A stretch of DNA of 64,000 nt, from positions 5,602 through 69,601 of the forward strand of contig CBDDRM010000111.1 of assembly GCA_965233135.1 (NCBI GenBank), given 5' to 3'. The stretch's first letter is position 1. Each line of letters opens with the position of its first letter. This document shows positions 11,696 through 21,579 of this stretch, piece after piece. The DNA is from an uncultured bacterium. GTDB taxonomy: Bacteria; Pseudomonadota; Gammaproteobacteria; Burkholderiales; JACQAP01. Below the pieces are notes generated by a model, which was not told the DNA's origin, searched no databases, and saw nothing but the letters and a program-made list of their open reading frames with translations. Made by a program: the position numbers and the translations under genes.

Positions 11696-12443
11696 GACGC
11701 CCACCCCATACACAACCCGTATCGAGCGCAATAAGATTGTCTTGAAGGCGCAGGCCGAGGGCCGACCAATGTCCGCACACGATCGTGCTATCGGCGCTGC
11801 GCCGACCCGGCACCTCGAACCACGGCATGAAGCCAGCGGGAATATCTTCCACGCCACCCTTGTGGCTGAAGTCCATGCGTCCGTCGGCCGTGCAAACCCG
11901 CAGGCGCGTCATGGCGTTGATGATGATGCGCAGCCGATCATACCCGCCGGCCGAATCCTCCCAGCGGTCCGGCAAGTTGCCGTACATCTGCGCCATCAGC
12001 GCGTGCCGCGTGTCCGCTAGCAGGGCGTGCTGCGTTTCGGTCGCCAGATCGAGTGCCCGGCGGATACTCCAGGCGGGCAGCAGCCCGGCATGCACCATGG
12101 CGTAGCCGTGCTCGGCATGCATCAGCGGAAGCGCTCGCAGCCATGCCAGCAAACTTTCGCGATCAGGCGCGTTCAAAATCGCTCCCAGCGTGTCCTGCCG
12201 GTGAACTTTGGCTTGACCGTCGGCCACCATCAGCAGATGAAGATCATGGTTGCCCAGCACGCTGACGGCGCTGGCGCCCAGATCCTTGACGAAGCGCAAA
12301 ACTTCCAATGACTGCGGGCCGCGGTTGACCAGGTCGCCGACGAACCACAGCCGGTCGCGCGAGGCGCGAAAGCCGATCTGCGCCAGCAAGCTTTGCAGAG
12401 GGCCGAAACAGCCCTGCACGTCACCGATCGCGTAGGTGGCCAT
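11631..12443 (-). CDS. apaH: Bis(5'-nucleosyl)-tetraphosphatase (symmetrical) ApaH
   Basis: MATYAIGDVQGCFGPLQSLL..., GDLVNRGP and GNHDLHLL metallophosphatase motifs. Start taken at the internal ATG (MATYAIGD), giving 270 aa. Confidence 0.9.
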   Translation of the reverse strand: MATYAIGDVQGCFGPLQSLLAQIGFRASRDRLWFVGDLVNRGPQSLEVLRFVKDLGASAVSVLGNHDLHLLMVADGQAKVHRQDTLGAILNAPDRESLLAWLRALPLMHAEHGYAMVHAGLLPAWSIRRALDLATETQHALLADTRHALMAQMYGNLPDRWEDSAGGYDRLRIIINAMTRLRVCTADGRMDFSHKGGVEDIPAGFMPWFEVPGRRSADSTIVCGHWSALGLRLQDNLIALDTGCVWGGRLSAVRLEDRRLFQVAGLQPAD

Positions 12444-12516
12444 GCGCGGCAGGTGGCTGGGAGGTCGATCGAGTCGTATCAGACATGTCCGCGATGGGGC
12501 TGCGTTACCGTGCAAC

Positions 12517-12546
12517 AAAACGGCGCAGCCCTGCTGCGCCGTTTTT
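12517..12546 (-). terminator. Rho-independent terminator downstream of the cytochrome c gene, with U-tracts on both strands
   Basis: The minus strand reads AAAAACGGCGCAGC-AGG-GCTGCGCCGTTTTGTTG. This is a perfect 9-bp GC-rich stem with a 3-nt loop and a T-run, about 20 nt after the stop at 12564. Confidence 0.8.
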
Positions 12547-12563
12547 GGCCGGTCGTGCGCCGC

Positions 12564-13094
12564 CTACTTGACCTGGCTCACCATGAAATCGACCGCGGCC
12601 TTGATGTCCGCATCGGCGGCTGACATCGCTCCTCCCTTCGGCGGCATGGCGTTCTTGCCTTTGAGGACGCTGTTATAAAGCGCTGACTTGCCTTGCGCAA
12701 TGCGTGCACTCCAGGCGGCCTTGTCGGTTAGTTTGGGTGCGCCGGCCACTCCCGCCGCGTGGCAGGCCATGCACACCGTGTCGTAAAGATTCTTGCCTGC
12801 GTTCGCACTGCCCGCTGCCGCCGTCGTCACCGGCGCCGCGCTGGCGGGCTGGTTGGTGTTCGCCGCGGCGGCTAGTTCGGGGGGGACTTCGCCGATGATC
12901 ACTTCGCCGACCGGTTTCAGGCGCTCGGTGACTATCGCGTCGTTCGGAGGCCCCACTTTGAGTCCGCCTGTCACGAAGCTGGCAATCATCACGATACCGA
13001 TGACCGGAATGAGAAATGCCAGCAGCACCACGACGATGAGTTGCCGCGGTGTCTTGATCAGCGAGACGTGTTCTTCGACATGCACTTCCGACAT
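12564..13094 (-). CDS. Membrane-anchored class I c-type cytochrome (cytochrome c5-like)
   Basis: Single haem site CMACH followed by NAMPPKGG (Met ligand region). N-terminal TM helix LIVVVLLAFLIPVIGIVMIASFV. Start taken at MSEVHVEEH. The track ORF extends to 13202, where it would abut the tRNA. Confidence 0.8.
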   Translation of the reverse strand: MSEVHVEEHVSLIKTPRQLIVVVLLAFLIPVIGIVMIASFVTGGLKVGPPNDAIVTERLKPVGEVIIGEVPPELAAAANTNQPASAAPVTTAAAGSANAGKNLYDTVCMACHAAGVAGAPKLTDKAAWSARIAQGKSALYNSVLKGKNAMPPKGGAMSAADADIKAAVDFMVSQVK

Positions 13095-13204
13095 GAAAAA
13101 ACCTCTGGCAGGGGCTTGAAGAGGCGAAATTATAGGCCATCCGCCCTTCGCCAGACAGCGCCTGGAATGGACGCAGTGGGCCTTTGCCCGTAAACTGGCC
13201 ATAT

Positions 13205-13281
13205 GCGCCCGTAGCTCAGCTGGATAGAGTACTGCCCTCCGAAGGCAGTGGTCGGACGTTCGAATCGTCTCGGGCGCGCCA
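13205..13281 (+). tRNA. tRNA-Arg (anticodon CCG), with encoded CCA
   Basis: A 77-nt cloverleaf folded by eye. Acceptor stem GCGCCCG/CGGGCGC. D arm GCTC..GAGT. Anticodon arm CTGCC-CTCCGAA-GGCAG. T arm GGACG-TTCGAAT-CGTCT. Discriminator G followed by CCA. Confidence 0.9.
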
Positions 13282-13313
13282 TCCTTTTCGTTTCTGCCGT
13301 TGTTCGTCGTCCA

Positions 13314-13712
13314 TTGAATGACTCAGTCGGCCTTGGCGCGCTGTTCCTCAGCAGCTTTCTCGCGGCGACTGTGCTCCCCGGCGGATCGGAATTCGTCTTT
13401 GCCGCCGTGCTGGCGACCGGCAGCGCGGCGCTGTGGCCGGCGCTGGCCGTTGCCACCCTCGGCAACACTCTGGGCGGCGCCAGTTCCTATCTGATCGGCC
13501 GCGTGTTCCCGCGCGGCGAGCGGAGCGGTCGCGCGCTCGATTGGGTGCGCCGCTGGGGGGCCCCGGTACTGCTGCTGTCGTGGGTGCCGGTCATCGGCGA
13601 CGCATTATGCGTCGCCGCCGGCTGGCTGAGGCTCAGCGCCGGATGGTCGTTGTGTTTCATCGCTCTGGGCAAATTCGGACGCTACTACCTCATTGCGCGG
13701 CTCATGGGTTGA
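13314..13712 (+). CDS. YqaA/DedA-related (SNARE-associated fold) inner membrane protein
   Basis: Polytopic ORF with LPGGSEFVFAAVL and WVPVIGDALCVAAGW motifs. The track start at 13248 overlaps the tRNA, so I moved the start to the in-frame TTG at 13314. The start remains uncertain. Confidence 0.6.
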   Translation: MNDSVGLGALFLSSFLAATVLPGGSEFVFAAVLATGSAALWPALAVATLGNTLGGASSYLIGRVFPRGERSGRALDWVRRWGAPVLLLSWVPVIGDALCVAAGWLRLSAGWSLCFIALGKFGRYYLIARLMG

Positions 13713-13776
13713 ACGGCGATGTCTGGTTTGCATGCCGCACGGTAGAATTGTCGTTCGATCCTGAAGTCTTAATCAG

Positions 13777-16700
13777 ATGCAGCCGATTCCCCCCTTCGCA
13801 GCCGCCAATGTGCGGGTTCGCGAAATTCCGTACAACTACACTTCGTTTTCCGATCGCGAGATCGTGATGCGCTTGCTCGGCACGCCGATGTGGCAACTGC
13901 TCGACGAGTTGCGCAGCCAGCGCCGCACGGGTCGATCCGCTCGTATGCTCTATGAAGTGCTGGGCGACATCTGGGTGGTGAATCGCAATCCGTATTTGCA
14001 GGACGACATGCTGGACAACCGTCGGCGCCGCGAGGCGCTGATCGAAGCCCTGCGCCATCGGTTGCGACAAATCGAATTGCGCCGTGGCGAGGGCGTGGAC
14101 TCCAGCGATGTCACCGGCAAGGTCGCTCGCCTGCTCGCGGCTGCACATAAGGCCGTGGATGATTTCGCGCTCGGATTCGAGCAAACCGCGAAGCTGCGGC
14201 GCAAGGTTCTGCGCCGCCTTGCTTCGGTCACCCGCCGCGACAACATCGCGTTCGACGGACTGGCGCGGGTTTCGCACGTCACCGATGCAACCGACTGGCG
14301 CGTGGAGTATCCGTTCGTCGTGCTGCACCCCGATAGCGAAGACGAAGTGCAGCCCATCGTGCAGGCTTGCATCGATCTGGGTCTGACGCTCATCCCGCGG
14401 GGGGGCGGCACGGGCTACACCGGTGGAGCGATCCCGCTCGACAAGTTCTCGGCGGTGATCAACACGGAAAAACTCGACGCGCTGGGCGCGGTGGAAATGA
14501 CCGCGTTACCAGGCGTGGCGCACCCGGTGGCCACCATTCAATGCGGCGCCGGCGTGGTAACGCGCCGCGTCATGGAGGCAGCCGAACGCGCCGGCCGCGT
14601 CTTCGCGGTCGATCCTACTTCTGCGGATGCTTCCTGCATCGGCGGCAACGTCGCCATGAATGCGGGCGGCAAGAAAGCAGTGCTTTGGGGTACGGCCATC
14701 GATAATCTCGTTTCGTGGCGCATGGTCACGCCCGACGCTGAATGGATGCTGGTGGAGCGCCTTGACCACAATCTGGGCAAGATTCACGATGCAGCGCTGA
14801 CCCGTTTTCGCGTCACGCGTTATGGCCCCGACGGCCGCACGCCCCGCGGCGAGCCCGAGATCATGCAAATCCCCGGCCAGGGATTTCGTAAGTCCGGACT
14901 CGGCAAAGACGTCACTGACAAATTTCTCGCGGGTCTGCCCGGCGTGCAAAAAGAAGGATGCGACGGCATCATCACCTCTGCGCGCTTCATCCTGCATCAA
15001 ATGCCGGCGCACACCCGTACGGTTTGCCTGGAGTTCTACGGACAAGTGCGCCAGGCCGTACCTTCGATCGTGGAGATCAAGAATCACCTGGACCGGCGCC
15101 CGGGCGGGGCTACCCTGGCCGGGCTCGAGCATCTTGACGAGCGCTATCTGAAAGCTGTCGGCTATGCCACTAAGGCCAAGCGCGGCGGGCGGCCGAAAAT
15201 GGTGCTGCTCGCCGATATCGTGGGACAGGATGATCGCGCGGTCGGCGAAGCGGCATCCGCCGTAGTCAGAATCGCCAATGCGCGCGGCGGCGAAGGCTTT
15301 ATTGCCGTATCGCCGGAAGCGCGCAAGCAATTCTGGCTCGACCGCTCGCGCACCGCGGCCATTGCCAAGCACACCAACGCGTTCAAGATCAACGAGGACG
15401 TCGTTATTCCGCTGGCGCGGCTCGGGGACTATTCCGACGGTATCGAACGCATCAACATCGAACTCTCGCTCAAAAACAAGATCGCCCTGCTCGATTGCCT
15501 GCAGGAATTCCTCGAGGACGAGCTGCCACTGCATGAAGAGTCCGAGAAACTGCCGCAGGCCGAAATCCTCGGCGGCCGGCCGGCGAACGCCGCCGAGCTG
15601 GTTCGCCAGACTCGCATGCGCTGGCAGTGGCTGCTCGATCACCTGGATGCGCCGCTGAGTGAATTTGCCAGCCAGCCTGGCGCAAATCCGGTGGCGACGC
15701 ATGACGGCGCGGTGCCGCAAGCGCCCCAGTCGCAGGGATCTGTGTTTGAAGCACTGCAGAGCCATGTCCTGCGGGTGTCCTGGAAAAAGGATGTGCGCGA
15801 ACCACTGATGCAGATTTTTGACGGGCGCGCCTTCGATCCGATCCGCGCAGGAATCGAAGCGCGTCATAAACGCGTGCTCAAAAGCCGGCTGTTCGTAGCG
15901 CTGCATATGCATGCCGGCGACGGCAACGTGCATACCAATATTCCGGTGAACTCCGACGACTATGCCATGTTGCAGGCGGCTAACGCCGTCGTCGCGCGCG
16001 TTATGAAACTTGCACGTGCGCTGGACGGCGTGATTTCCGGCGAACATGGCATCGGCCTGACCAAACTCGAGTACCTGGAGCCCCAGGAGATGGCCGGGTT
16101 TGCCGCTTACAAACAGCGCGTGGATCCGCACGGCCGTTTCAATCGGGGCAAGTTGCTGGCCGGGGCGAATCTCGAGAATGCCTATACGCCAAGTTTCAAT
16201 CTGCTCGAACTCGAAAGCCTGATTCTGGAACAGAGCGCGATCGGCGAGATTTCCGATTCGATCAAGGACTGCCTGCGCTGCGGCAAGTGCAAGCCGGTTT
16301 GCGCCACGCATGTGCCGCGCGCGAACCTGCTGTACTCGCCTCGCAACAAAATACTGGCCACCTCGTTGTTGATCGAGGCATTCCTGTACGAGGAGCAGAC
16401 GCGCCGCGGAGTGTCGCTGAAGCATTTCGATGAATTTTCCGATGTCGCCGACCATTGCACCGTCTGCCACAAGTGTTTGAACCCCTGTCCGGTGGACATC
16501 GATTTCGGCGATGTGTCCATTGCCATGCGCAACTTCCTGCGCCGGCAACGCAAGAAAAAGCTGAACCTCGGCACGGCCGCATCGATGTTCTTCTTGAACG
16601 CGACCGATCCGAGCACCATCAAAGTCACCCGCAAGATCATGATCGAGTGGGGCTTCCGCGCGCAGCGCCTGGCGCACCGCGCAGGCAAGTCGCTCGGCCT

Positions 16701-17676
16701 GATTCAGGGTCAGGTCAAGCATCCGCCAGCCACACTCGGCAAGCCGCCGGTCAAGGCCCAAGTCATTCACATCATCAACAAGCCCATGCCGGGCGGTTTG
16801 CCGAAAAGGACCTCTCGGGCGCTGCTCGACATCGAGGACAGTCGCATGGTGCCGGTGATTCGTAATCCAAACAAAGTCAATGAAGATTCGGACGCGGTGT
16901 TTTATTTCCCCGGTTGCGGCAGTGAACGGCTGTTCGGGCAGGTGGGCCTGGCGACGCAGGCGATGCTCTACGAAGTAGGCGCCATCACCGTGCTGCCGCC
17001 GGGCTATCTGTGCTGCGGTTATCCGCAGACGTCCGCTGGGGAAGCGGACAAAGGCCAGAAAATCAGTACCGATAATCGTGTGCTGTTCCACCGTGTCGCG
17101 AATACGTTGAACTATCTCGACATCAAGACCGTGGTGGTGTCCTGCGGAACCTGCATGGACCAGTTGCAGAAGTACGAGTTCGACAAGATCTTTCCCGGCT
17201 GCCGGCTGCTTGACATCCATGAGTACCTGCTCGAGAAGAAGGTGAGGCTCGAAGGCGTCAGCGGCGTGCGCTACATGTACCACGATCCCTGCCACTCCCC
17301 CATGAAGACCTACGAGCCGCTCAAGGTGGTCGCCAAACTCATGGGGGCCGAGGTGCCACTGAATGATCGCTGCTGCGGCGAATCGGGCACGCTGGCCGTG
17401 ACGCGGCCGGATATCTCTACACAGGTGCGTTTTCGCAAGCAGGAAGAAATGCAAAAAGGCGTGGCCGCCCTGCGCGCTCAAGGCGCGCAGGAACCGGTCA
17501 AGATCTTGACCTCCTGCCCGTCGTGCCTGCAGGGGTTGTCACGGTTTCGAGACGATGCCGGCGCACAGGCCGATTACATCGTGGTCGAGATCGCCAGACA
17601 CATATTGGGCGAAAACTGGATGGCCGAATATGTGGCAAAGGCCAACAGCGGCGGAATTGAGCGCGTCCTGTTGTGA
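13777..17676 (+). CDS. DUF3683-type N-domain fused to an FAD-linked oxidase (GlcD-like) and an Fe-S/CCG oxidoreductase (GlcF-like). YdiJ-like 2-hydroxyacid dehydrogenase candidate.
   Basis: 1299-aa ORF. FAD-binding [18 protein letters not shown]-oxidase C-domain [14 protein letters not shown] and [13 protein letters not shown]. Two ferredoxin-type clusters, [16 protein letters not shown] and [16 protein letters not shown]. Two CCG-type repeats ([18 protein letters not shown] and [18 protein letters not shown]). Confidence 0.9.
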   Translation: MQPIPPFAAANVRVREIPYNYTSFSDREIVMRLLGTPMWQLLDELRSQRRTGRSARMLYEVLGDIWVVNRNPYLQDDMLDNRRRREALIEALRHRLRQIELRRGEGVDSSDVTGKVARLLAAAHKAVDDFALGFEQTAKLRRKVLRRLASVTRRDNIAFDGLARVSHVTDATDWRVEYPFVVLHPDSEDEVQPIVQACIDLGLTLIPRGGGTGYTGGAIPLDKFSAVINTEKLDALGAVEMTALPGVAHPVATIQCGAGVVTRRVMEAAERAGRVFAVDPTSADASCIGGNVAMNAGGKKAVLWGTAIDNLVSWRMVTPDAEWMLVERLDHNLGKIHDAALTRFRVTRYGPDGRTPRGEPEIMQIPGQGFRKSGLGKDVTDKFLAGLPGVQKEGCDGIITSARFILHQMPAHTRTVCLEFYGQVRQAVPSIVEIKNHLDRRPGGATLAGLEHLDERYLKAVGYATKAKRGGRPKMVLLADIVGQDDRAVGEAASAVVRIANARGGEGFIAVSPEARKQFWLDRSRTAAIAKHTNAFKINEDVVIPLARLGDYSDGIERINIELSLKNKIALLDCLQEFLEDELPLHEESEKLPQAEILGGRPANAAELVRQTRMRWQWLLDHLDAPLSEFASQPGANPVATHDGAVPQAPQSQGSVFEALQSHVLRVSWKKDVREPLMQIFDGRAFDPIRAGIEARHKRVLKSRLFVALHMHAGDGNVHTNIPVNSDDYAMLQAANAVVARVMKLARALDGVISGEHGIGLTKLEYLEPQEMAGFAAYKQRVDPHGRFNRGKLLAGANLENAYTPSFNLLELESLILEQSAIGEISDSIKDCLRCGKCKPVCATHVPRANLLYSPRNKILATSLLIEAFLYEEQTRRGVSLKHFDEFSDVADHCTVCHKCLNPCPVDIDFGDVSIAMRNFLRRQRKKKLNLGTAASMFFLNATDPSTIKVTRKIMIEWGFRAQRLAHRAGKSLGLIQGQVKHPPATLGKPPVKAQVIHIINKPMPGGLPKRTSRALLDIEDSRMVPVIRNPNKVNEDSDAVFYFPGCGSERLFGQVGLATQAMLYEVGAITVLPPGYLCCGYPQTSAGEADKGQKISTDNRVLFHRVANTLNYLDIKTVVVSCGTCMDQLQKYEFDKIFPGCRLLDIHEYLLEKKVRLEGVSGVRYMYHDPCHSPMKTYEPLKVVAKLMGAEVPLNDRCCGESGTLAVTRPDISTQVRFRKQEEMQKGVAALRAQGAQEPVKILTSCPSCLQGLSRFRDDAGAQADYIVVEIARHILGENWMAEYVAKANSGGIERVLL

Positions 17677-18149
17677 GCGACGCTACACCTGCTCGCAAGC
17701 CCACGCCGCAAGGCGGGAAAACGGCGCCCACCGCGCCGTGTCCGCTGTGCGCGCAAGCCGGCGGCGAAGTGCTGTGGGATGACGGCTTCGCGCGCGTAGT
17801 ACTGGCGGGCGAAGCGGATCATCCGGGGTTCTGCCGCGTGATCCTCAATGCGCACGAAAAGGAAATGACGGCACTGTCCGAGGTCGATCGCACGCGGCTG
17901 ATGGAAGTGGTATTTGCCGTAGAGCGCGCGCTGCGCGATTTGCTGAATCCGGAAAAAATAAATCTCGCGAGCCTTGGCAACGTCGTGCCGCACCTGCACT
18001 GGCATGTGATCCCGCGATTCACGGACGATCCTCATTTTCCGGACGCAGTGTGGGCCGCGCGGCGGCGCGACGGCGCGCGTGCCTTAGCCGGCGGATTCAC
18101 CGCAACGCTGCGTGGGCGCTTGGAAGCCCTGCTGGGCCGGCAGCACTAG
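17673..18149 (+). CDS. HIT (histidine triad) family protein
   Basis: 158 aa with the triad [12 protein letters not shown] start in a GTGA overlap with the stop of the preceding 1299-aa gene. Confidence 0.85.
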   Translation: MSDATPARKPTPQGGKTAPTAPCPLCAQAGGEVLWDDGFARVVLAGEADHPGFCRVILNAHEKEMTALSEVDRTRLMEVVFAVERALRDLLNPEKINLASLGNVVPHLHWHVIPRFTDDPHFPDAVWAARRRDGARALAGGFTATLRGRLEALLGRQH

Positions 18150-19540
18150 GCCGGGATTCTTGCTGCGGCCCGGCCGGCGGCGAGCCGCCGGGTCTCGGGG
18201 AATGTGACGCTGAACGTGCTGCCCTGCCCCGGCATGCTGTGGATATCGAGCCGGGCCTGGTGGCGCCCCAGTACATGCTTGACGATCGCCAGACCCAGAC
18301 CCGTTCCTCCCGTTTCGCGCGACCGGCTGCGATCGACGCGATAGAACCGCTCGGTGAGCCGGTCGATATGCTGCGGCTCGATACCGATGCCGTTGTCGCG
18401 GACTTCGAAAGTCGGCTGCGTGTCGCGCAGTCCCCAGCGGATGTCGATCTGGCCTTTTTCGGGCGTGTAGCGAACGGCATTGCTGATCAGATTGCCGAAA
18501 GCGCTGCGCAACTCCTCCGAATTGCCTTTGAGCCCTTCAGCGCTTTCTATGCTCAGGCGGATCTGGTGTCGCCCGGCAGAGAGCGCCAGTGCATCCTGAT
18601 GCAGCGTGCGCAGCATGTCCGGTACGTTGACATCCTCCTCGCGCAGCGGATTCTGGGTGCTTTCGAGCCGCGACAGGGTCAACAGGTCTTCGACCAGGCG
18701 CGTCATGCGGCTGGTCTGCTCGCGCATCATGCCGATGGCGCGCTTGGACATCTTTTCGTCGGTGACTTGCATATCGTCGAGGGTTTCGAGAAATCCGCCG
18801 ACTACGGTGAGCGGCGTGCGCAACTCGTGCGATACGTTGGCGACGAAATCGCGCCGGGTCGTTTCCAGCCGTTCCCAGCGGGTGATGTCGCGACCGATGA
18901 TCAGCTTGCGGCTGTCGCCATAGGGCACCTGCTGCACCGCCAGGGCCATTTCACCGGCCGGACGCGCCAGTCTGAGTACCAGCGGCTCGCCCGCGCGCTT
19001 CGACGACAGGTGGTCGACAAACTGTGGCTGCCGCACGATGTAGGTGATCTGCTGGCCGCGATCGCGCTCGTTATCGATGCCGAAATAGTCTTCCGCTTTC
19101 GGATTGCACCACTCGATGCGGTCGGTCCCGTCCAGTATAACCACTGCGTCGGGAAGCGCCGCCCCGGCGAGCTCAAAGCGCGACAGCGCTTCACTCAGAC
19201 TTGCTTCGGTCTCGCGCTGGCGTTTGAGCATCTTCAGCATGTGCGACGACAGATATTCCCATGCGCCCGAGCCCACCGGCATGTTGTGGAACTGCGGGTG
19301 CTGCAGCCAATGGTACAGGTTGGACAGATTGCGCAGATGATGCAGCAGCAGGGTGAGCAACAGGAAACTCAATATCACCAGTGCCCACGTCGCCCCGACG
19401 ATGGGCCAGCATAAGAGCGCGATGACCCCGATCAGGACGACGCTGGACAAGGGCCTGCCCCACATGGATTTCAAGCGTGTCGTCCCTCGAATGAATCGCG
19501 CGAAATTATCGCAGAATTGCGCGTCGTCGCCCGCGGGCAA
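18146..19540 (-). CDS. phoR: Phosphate regulon sensor histidine kinase PhoR
   Basis: Two N-terminal TM helices, a PAS-like region, the H-box HELRTPLT, and N/G boxes (NAVRYTP, DNGIGI, GGTGLGLAIV). Immediately downstream of phoB. The start is either the TTG at 19540 or the ATG at 19465. Confidence 0.9.
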   Translation of the reverse strand: MPAGDDAQFCDNFARFIRGTTRLKSMWGRPLSSVVLIGVIALLCWPIVGATWALVILSFLLLTLLLHHLRNLSNLYHWLQHPQFHNMPVGSGAWEYLSSHMLKMLKRQRETEASLSEALSRFELAGAALPDAVVILDGTDRIEWCNPKAEDYFGIDNERDRGQQITYIVRQPQFVDHLSSKRAGEPLVLRLARPAGEMALAVQQVPYGDSRKLIIGRDITRWERLETTRRDFVANVSHELRTPLTVVGGFLETLDDMQVTDEKMSKRAIGMMREQTSRMTRLVEDLLTLSRLESTQNPLREEDVNVPDMLRTLHQDALALSAGRHQIRLSIESAEGLKGNSEELRSAFGNLISNAVRYTPEKGQIDIRWGLRDTQPTFEVRDNGIGIEPQHIDRLTERFYRVDRSRSRETGGTGLGLAIVKHVLGRHQARLDIHSMPGQGSTFSVTFPETRRLAAGRAAARIPA

Positions 19541-19542
19541 TC

Positions 19543-20229
19543 TCAGTTCGCGGAAAACCGATACCCCGTCCCGCGCACGGTCTGAACCAGCACGTCGAGT
19601 TTGAAAGGCTCCAGCGCCTTGCGAAGCCGCCGGATATGCACATCCACGGTGCGTTCTTCGACGAACACGTGATCGCCCCAGACCTGGTCGAGCAACTGGG
19701 TTCGCGAATGCACGCGTTCCGGATGCGTCATAAAGAAATGCAACAGCCTGAACTCGGTCGGACCGAGATCCACGGCGCTGCCGTTGCCGGTTACGCGATG
19801 ACTGGCCGGGTCGAGCAGCAGTCCACCGATCTGCACGGTGTCGTCCGTCATCTCCGGCGCGCGCCGGCGCAGCACGGCTTTGATTCGCGCATTGAGCTCG
19901 CGCGGTGAAAATGGTTTGGTGATGTAATCGTCCGCGCCCGTTTCAAGGCCATGCAACTTGTCCTGTTCGTCGGAGCGCGCCGTCAGCATGATGATCGGTA
20001 TCGCTCGCGTACGCTTGTCGGCGCGCAGGCGCCGCGCGAATTCGATACCCGAAAGTCCCGGCAGCATCCAATCGAGCAGCACGAGATCGGGAATCGCACT
20101 GGCGACCAGATGTAGCGCTTTCTCCGCGCTCTCCGCGCACAGCGGCTGATGTCCCGCCTGCTTCAGGTTGTAAGAAATCAGCTCCTGAATCGCGGGTTCA
20201 TCTTCGACGACGAGTATGGTTGCTGCCAT
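19543..20229 (-). CDS. phoB: Phosphate regulon response regulator PhoB (OmpR family)
   Basis: [22 protein letters not shown]..., receiver-domain Asp ([10 protein letters not shown]) and a winged-helix tail ([11 protein letters not shown]). The ATG at 20229 gives 228 aa. The longer track start at 20265 would overlap the predicted -10 element. Confidence 0.93.
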   Translation of the reverse strand: MAATILVVEDEPAIQELISYNLKQAGHQPLCAESAEKALHLVASAIPDLVLLDWMLPGLSGIEFARRLRADKRTRAIPIIMLTARSDEQDKLHGLETGADDYITKPFSPRELNARIKAVLRRRAPEMTDDTVQIGGLLLDPASHRVTGNGSAVDLGPTEFRLLHFFMTHPERVHSRTQLLDQVWGDHVFVEERTVDVHIRRLRKALEPFKLDVLVQTVRGTGYRFSAN

Positions 20230-20269
20230 GGCGGGGCGTTGACGAATGTGTGTTTGCGTTTGCAATACT

Positions 20270-20298
20270 ATGAAGCTAATGTTACAAGGTCGTGACGG
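20270..20298 (-). promoter_or_regulatory. Candidate Pho box (PhoB binding site) upstream of phoB
   Basis: The minus strand reads CCGTCAC-gacc-TTGTAAC-atta-GCTTCAT. These are three 7-mers at 11-bp phasing resembling the CTGTCAT consensus. TAGTAT (-10-like, 20265..20270) follows, about 35 nt upstream of the ATG. Confidence 0.4.
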
Positions 20299-20388
20299 TC
20301 AGGAACAGCAAGTGCCGTTTGGCGGCTATGATGGCAGCTTCGCCTCGTGGCCCAAAACTATCCGCATCCGAGCTCTTGCGAGCTATTC

Positions 20389-20814
20389 ATGGCAGGCATT
20401 CAACCTGGGGCTGCACGTCCCGTCGAGCTAAAACTGCACCAGAAGTCTCGCGTTCTGGAAATTTCGTTCGACGACGGCAAGACTTTCCGGCTTACCTGCG
20501 AGTTTCTGCGGGTCTATTCGCCATCAGCGGAAGTGCGCGGACACGGGCCCGGCCAGGAAGTGCTGCAGGAGGGTAAGGCAGACGTGCAAATAAGCGCCAT
20601 CGAACCCGTCGGTCACTACGCGGTGAAGCTGGTATTCGACGATGGACACGACACCGGTTTGTATTCCTGGGACTATTTGTACAACCTGGGAGAGAACCAG
20701 CCGCGCATGTGGCAACAGTATCAGGAACGCCTGGCGCTGGCCGGCGCGCAGCGCGAACCGGCCAGCAAGGCGCCGCGCGCAACCGACGCAAAATCCGGCT
20801 GGAAGAAAATTTGA
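20389..20814 (+). CDS. DUF971 (gamma-butyrobetaine hydroxylase-like N-terminal domain) protein
   Basis: Motifs [27 protein letters not shown] and [23 protein letters not shown]. Located upstream of ubiE. Start assumed at the internal ATG (MAGIQ). Confidence 0.7.
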   Translation: MAGIQPGAARPVELKLHQKSRVLEISFDDGKTFRLTCEFLRVYSPSAEVRGHGPGQEVLQEGKADVQISAIEPVGHYAVKLVFDDGHDTGLYSWDYLYNLGENQPRMWQQYQERLALAGAQREPASKAPRATDAKSGWKKI

Positions 20815-20836
20815 CAGCGATGATGCGCGCAATCCC

Positions 20837-21577
20837 ATGAAGCCGCAAAAGACCACCGATTTCGGTTTTCAGAAAGTACCCGAAGCGGATAAGGCGCGAA
20901 AAGTAGCGGGCGTATTCAGTTCCGTGGCGCAGCGCTACGACATCATGAATGACCTGATGTCAGCCGGATTGCATCGTCTCTGGAAAAGGTTCGCCGTGCA
21001 GATGAGCGCGGTGCGTCGGGGCGGCCGTGTACTGGATATCGCCGGCGGTACCGGCGATCTCGCGGCCTTGTTCGCCCGGCGGGTCGGCGACACCGGTGAA
21101 GTCTGGCTGACCGATATCAATCGGGATATGCTCGCGCGCGGTCGCGATCGACTGATCGACGCCGGGCATATCATGCCGATCCTGCAGTGCGATGCCGAGC
21201 GCCTGCCCTTGCCTGATGGGTATTTCGACTGCGCGATCGTCGGGTTTGGTCTGCGCAACATGACGCACAAGGACAAGGCCCTGGCGGAGATGCTGCGCGT
21301 CGTGCGAGCCGGCGGTCGTATCCTGGTGCTGGAGTTTTCCAGGGTGTGGCAACCATTGCAGCCGGTCTACGACGCTTACTCATTCCGGCTGCTGCCGCTT
21401 CTGGGCAAGATCGTCACGGGCGATGCCGGCAGCTACAGGTACCTGGTGGAGTCTATCCGCAGGCATCCCGACCAGCATGCCCTCAAGTCGCTGATGGAGC
21501 AGGCCGGGTGCGCGCGCGTCGAGTTCTACAACCTGGCGGCCGGCGTGGTGGCCTTGCACGTCGGTTACAAGTTCTGA
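20837..21577 (+). CDS. ubiE: Demethylmenaquinone/ubiquinone C-methyltransferase UbiE
   Basis: [45 protein letters not shown] together with the SAM motif [11 protein letters not shown]. 246 aa from the in-frame ATG. Confidence 0.93.
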   Translation: MKPQKTTDFGFQKVPEADKARKVAGVFSSVAQRYDIMNDLMSAGLHRLWKRFAVQMSAVRRGGRVLDIAGGTGDLAALFARRVGDTGEVWLTDINRDMLARGRDRLIDAGHIMPILQCDAERLPLPDGYFDCAIVGFGLRNMTHKDKALAEMLRVVRAGGRILVLEFSRVWQPLQPVYDAYSFRLLPLLGKIVTGDAGSYRYLVESIRRHPDQHALKSLMEQAGCARVEFYNLAAGVVALHVGYKF

Positions 21578-21579
21578 CC

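Noticed and set aside
13205-13720. tRNA-Arg as a possible genomic-island integration site
   Set aside because: No integrase is present, I could find no direct repeat of the tRNA 3' end downstream, and no compositional break is evident. The next genes are ordinary chromosomal genes.
14506-17481. 991-aa ORF on the minus strand, the longest 'unannotated' ORF in the window
   Set aside because: It is entirely antisense to the 1299-aa FAD/Fe-S gene, which has unambiguous family motifs. Its translation is Arg/Ala/Gly/His-rich and low-complexity, with no recognisable motifs. This is a typical stop-free shadow frame in GC-rich DNA.
18050-19414. 454-aa plus-strand ORF
   Set aside because: It is antisense to phoR, which has H, N and G boxes. 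The ORF itself has no motifs.
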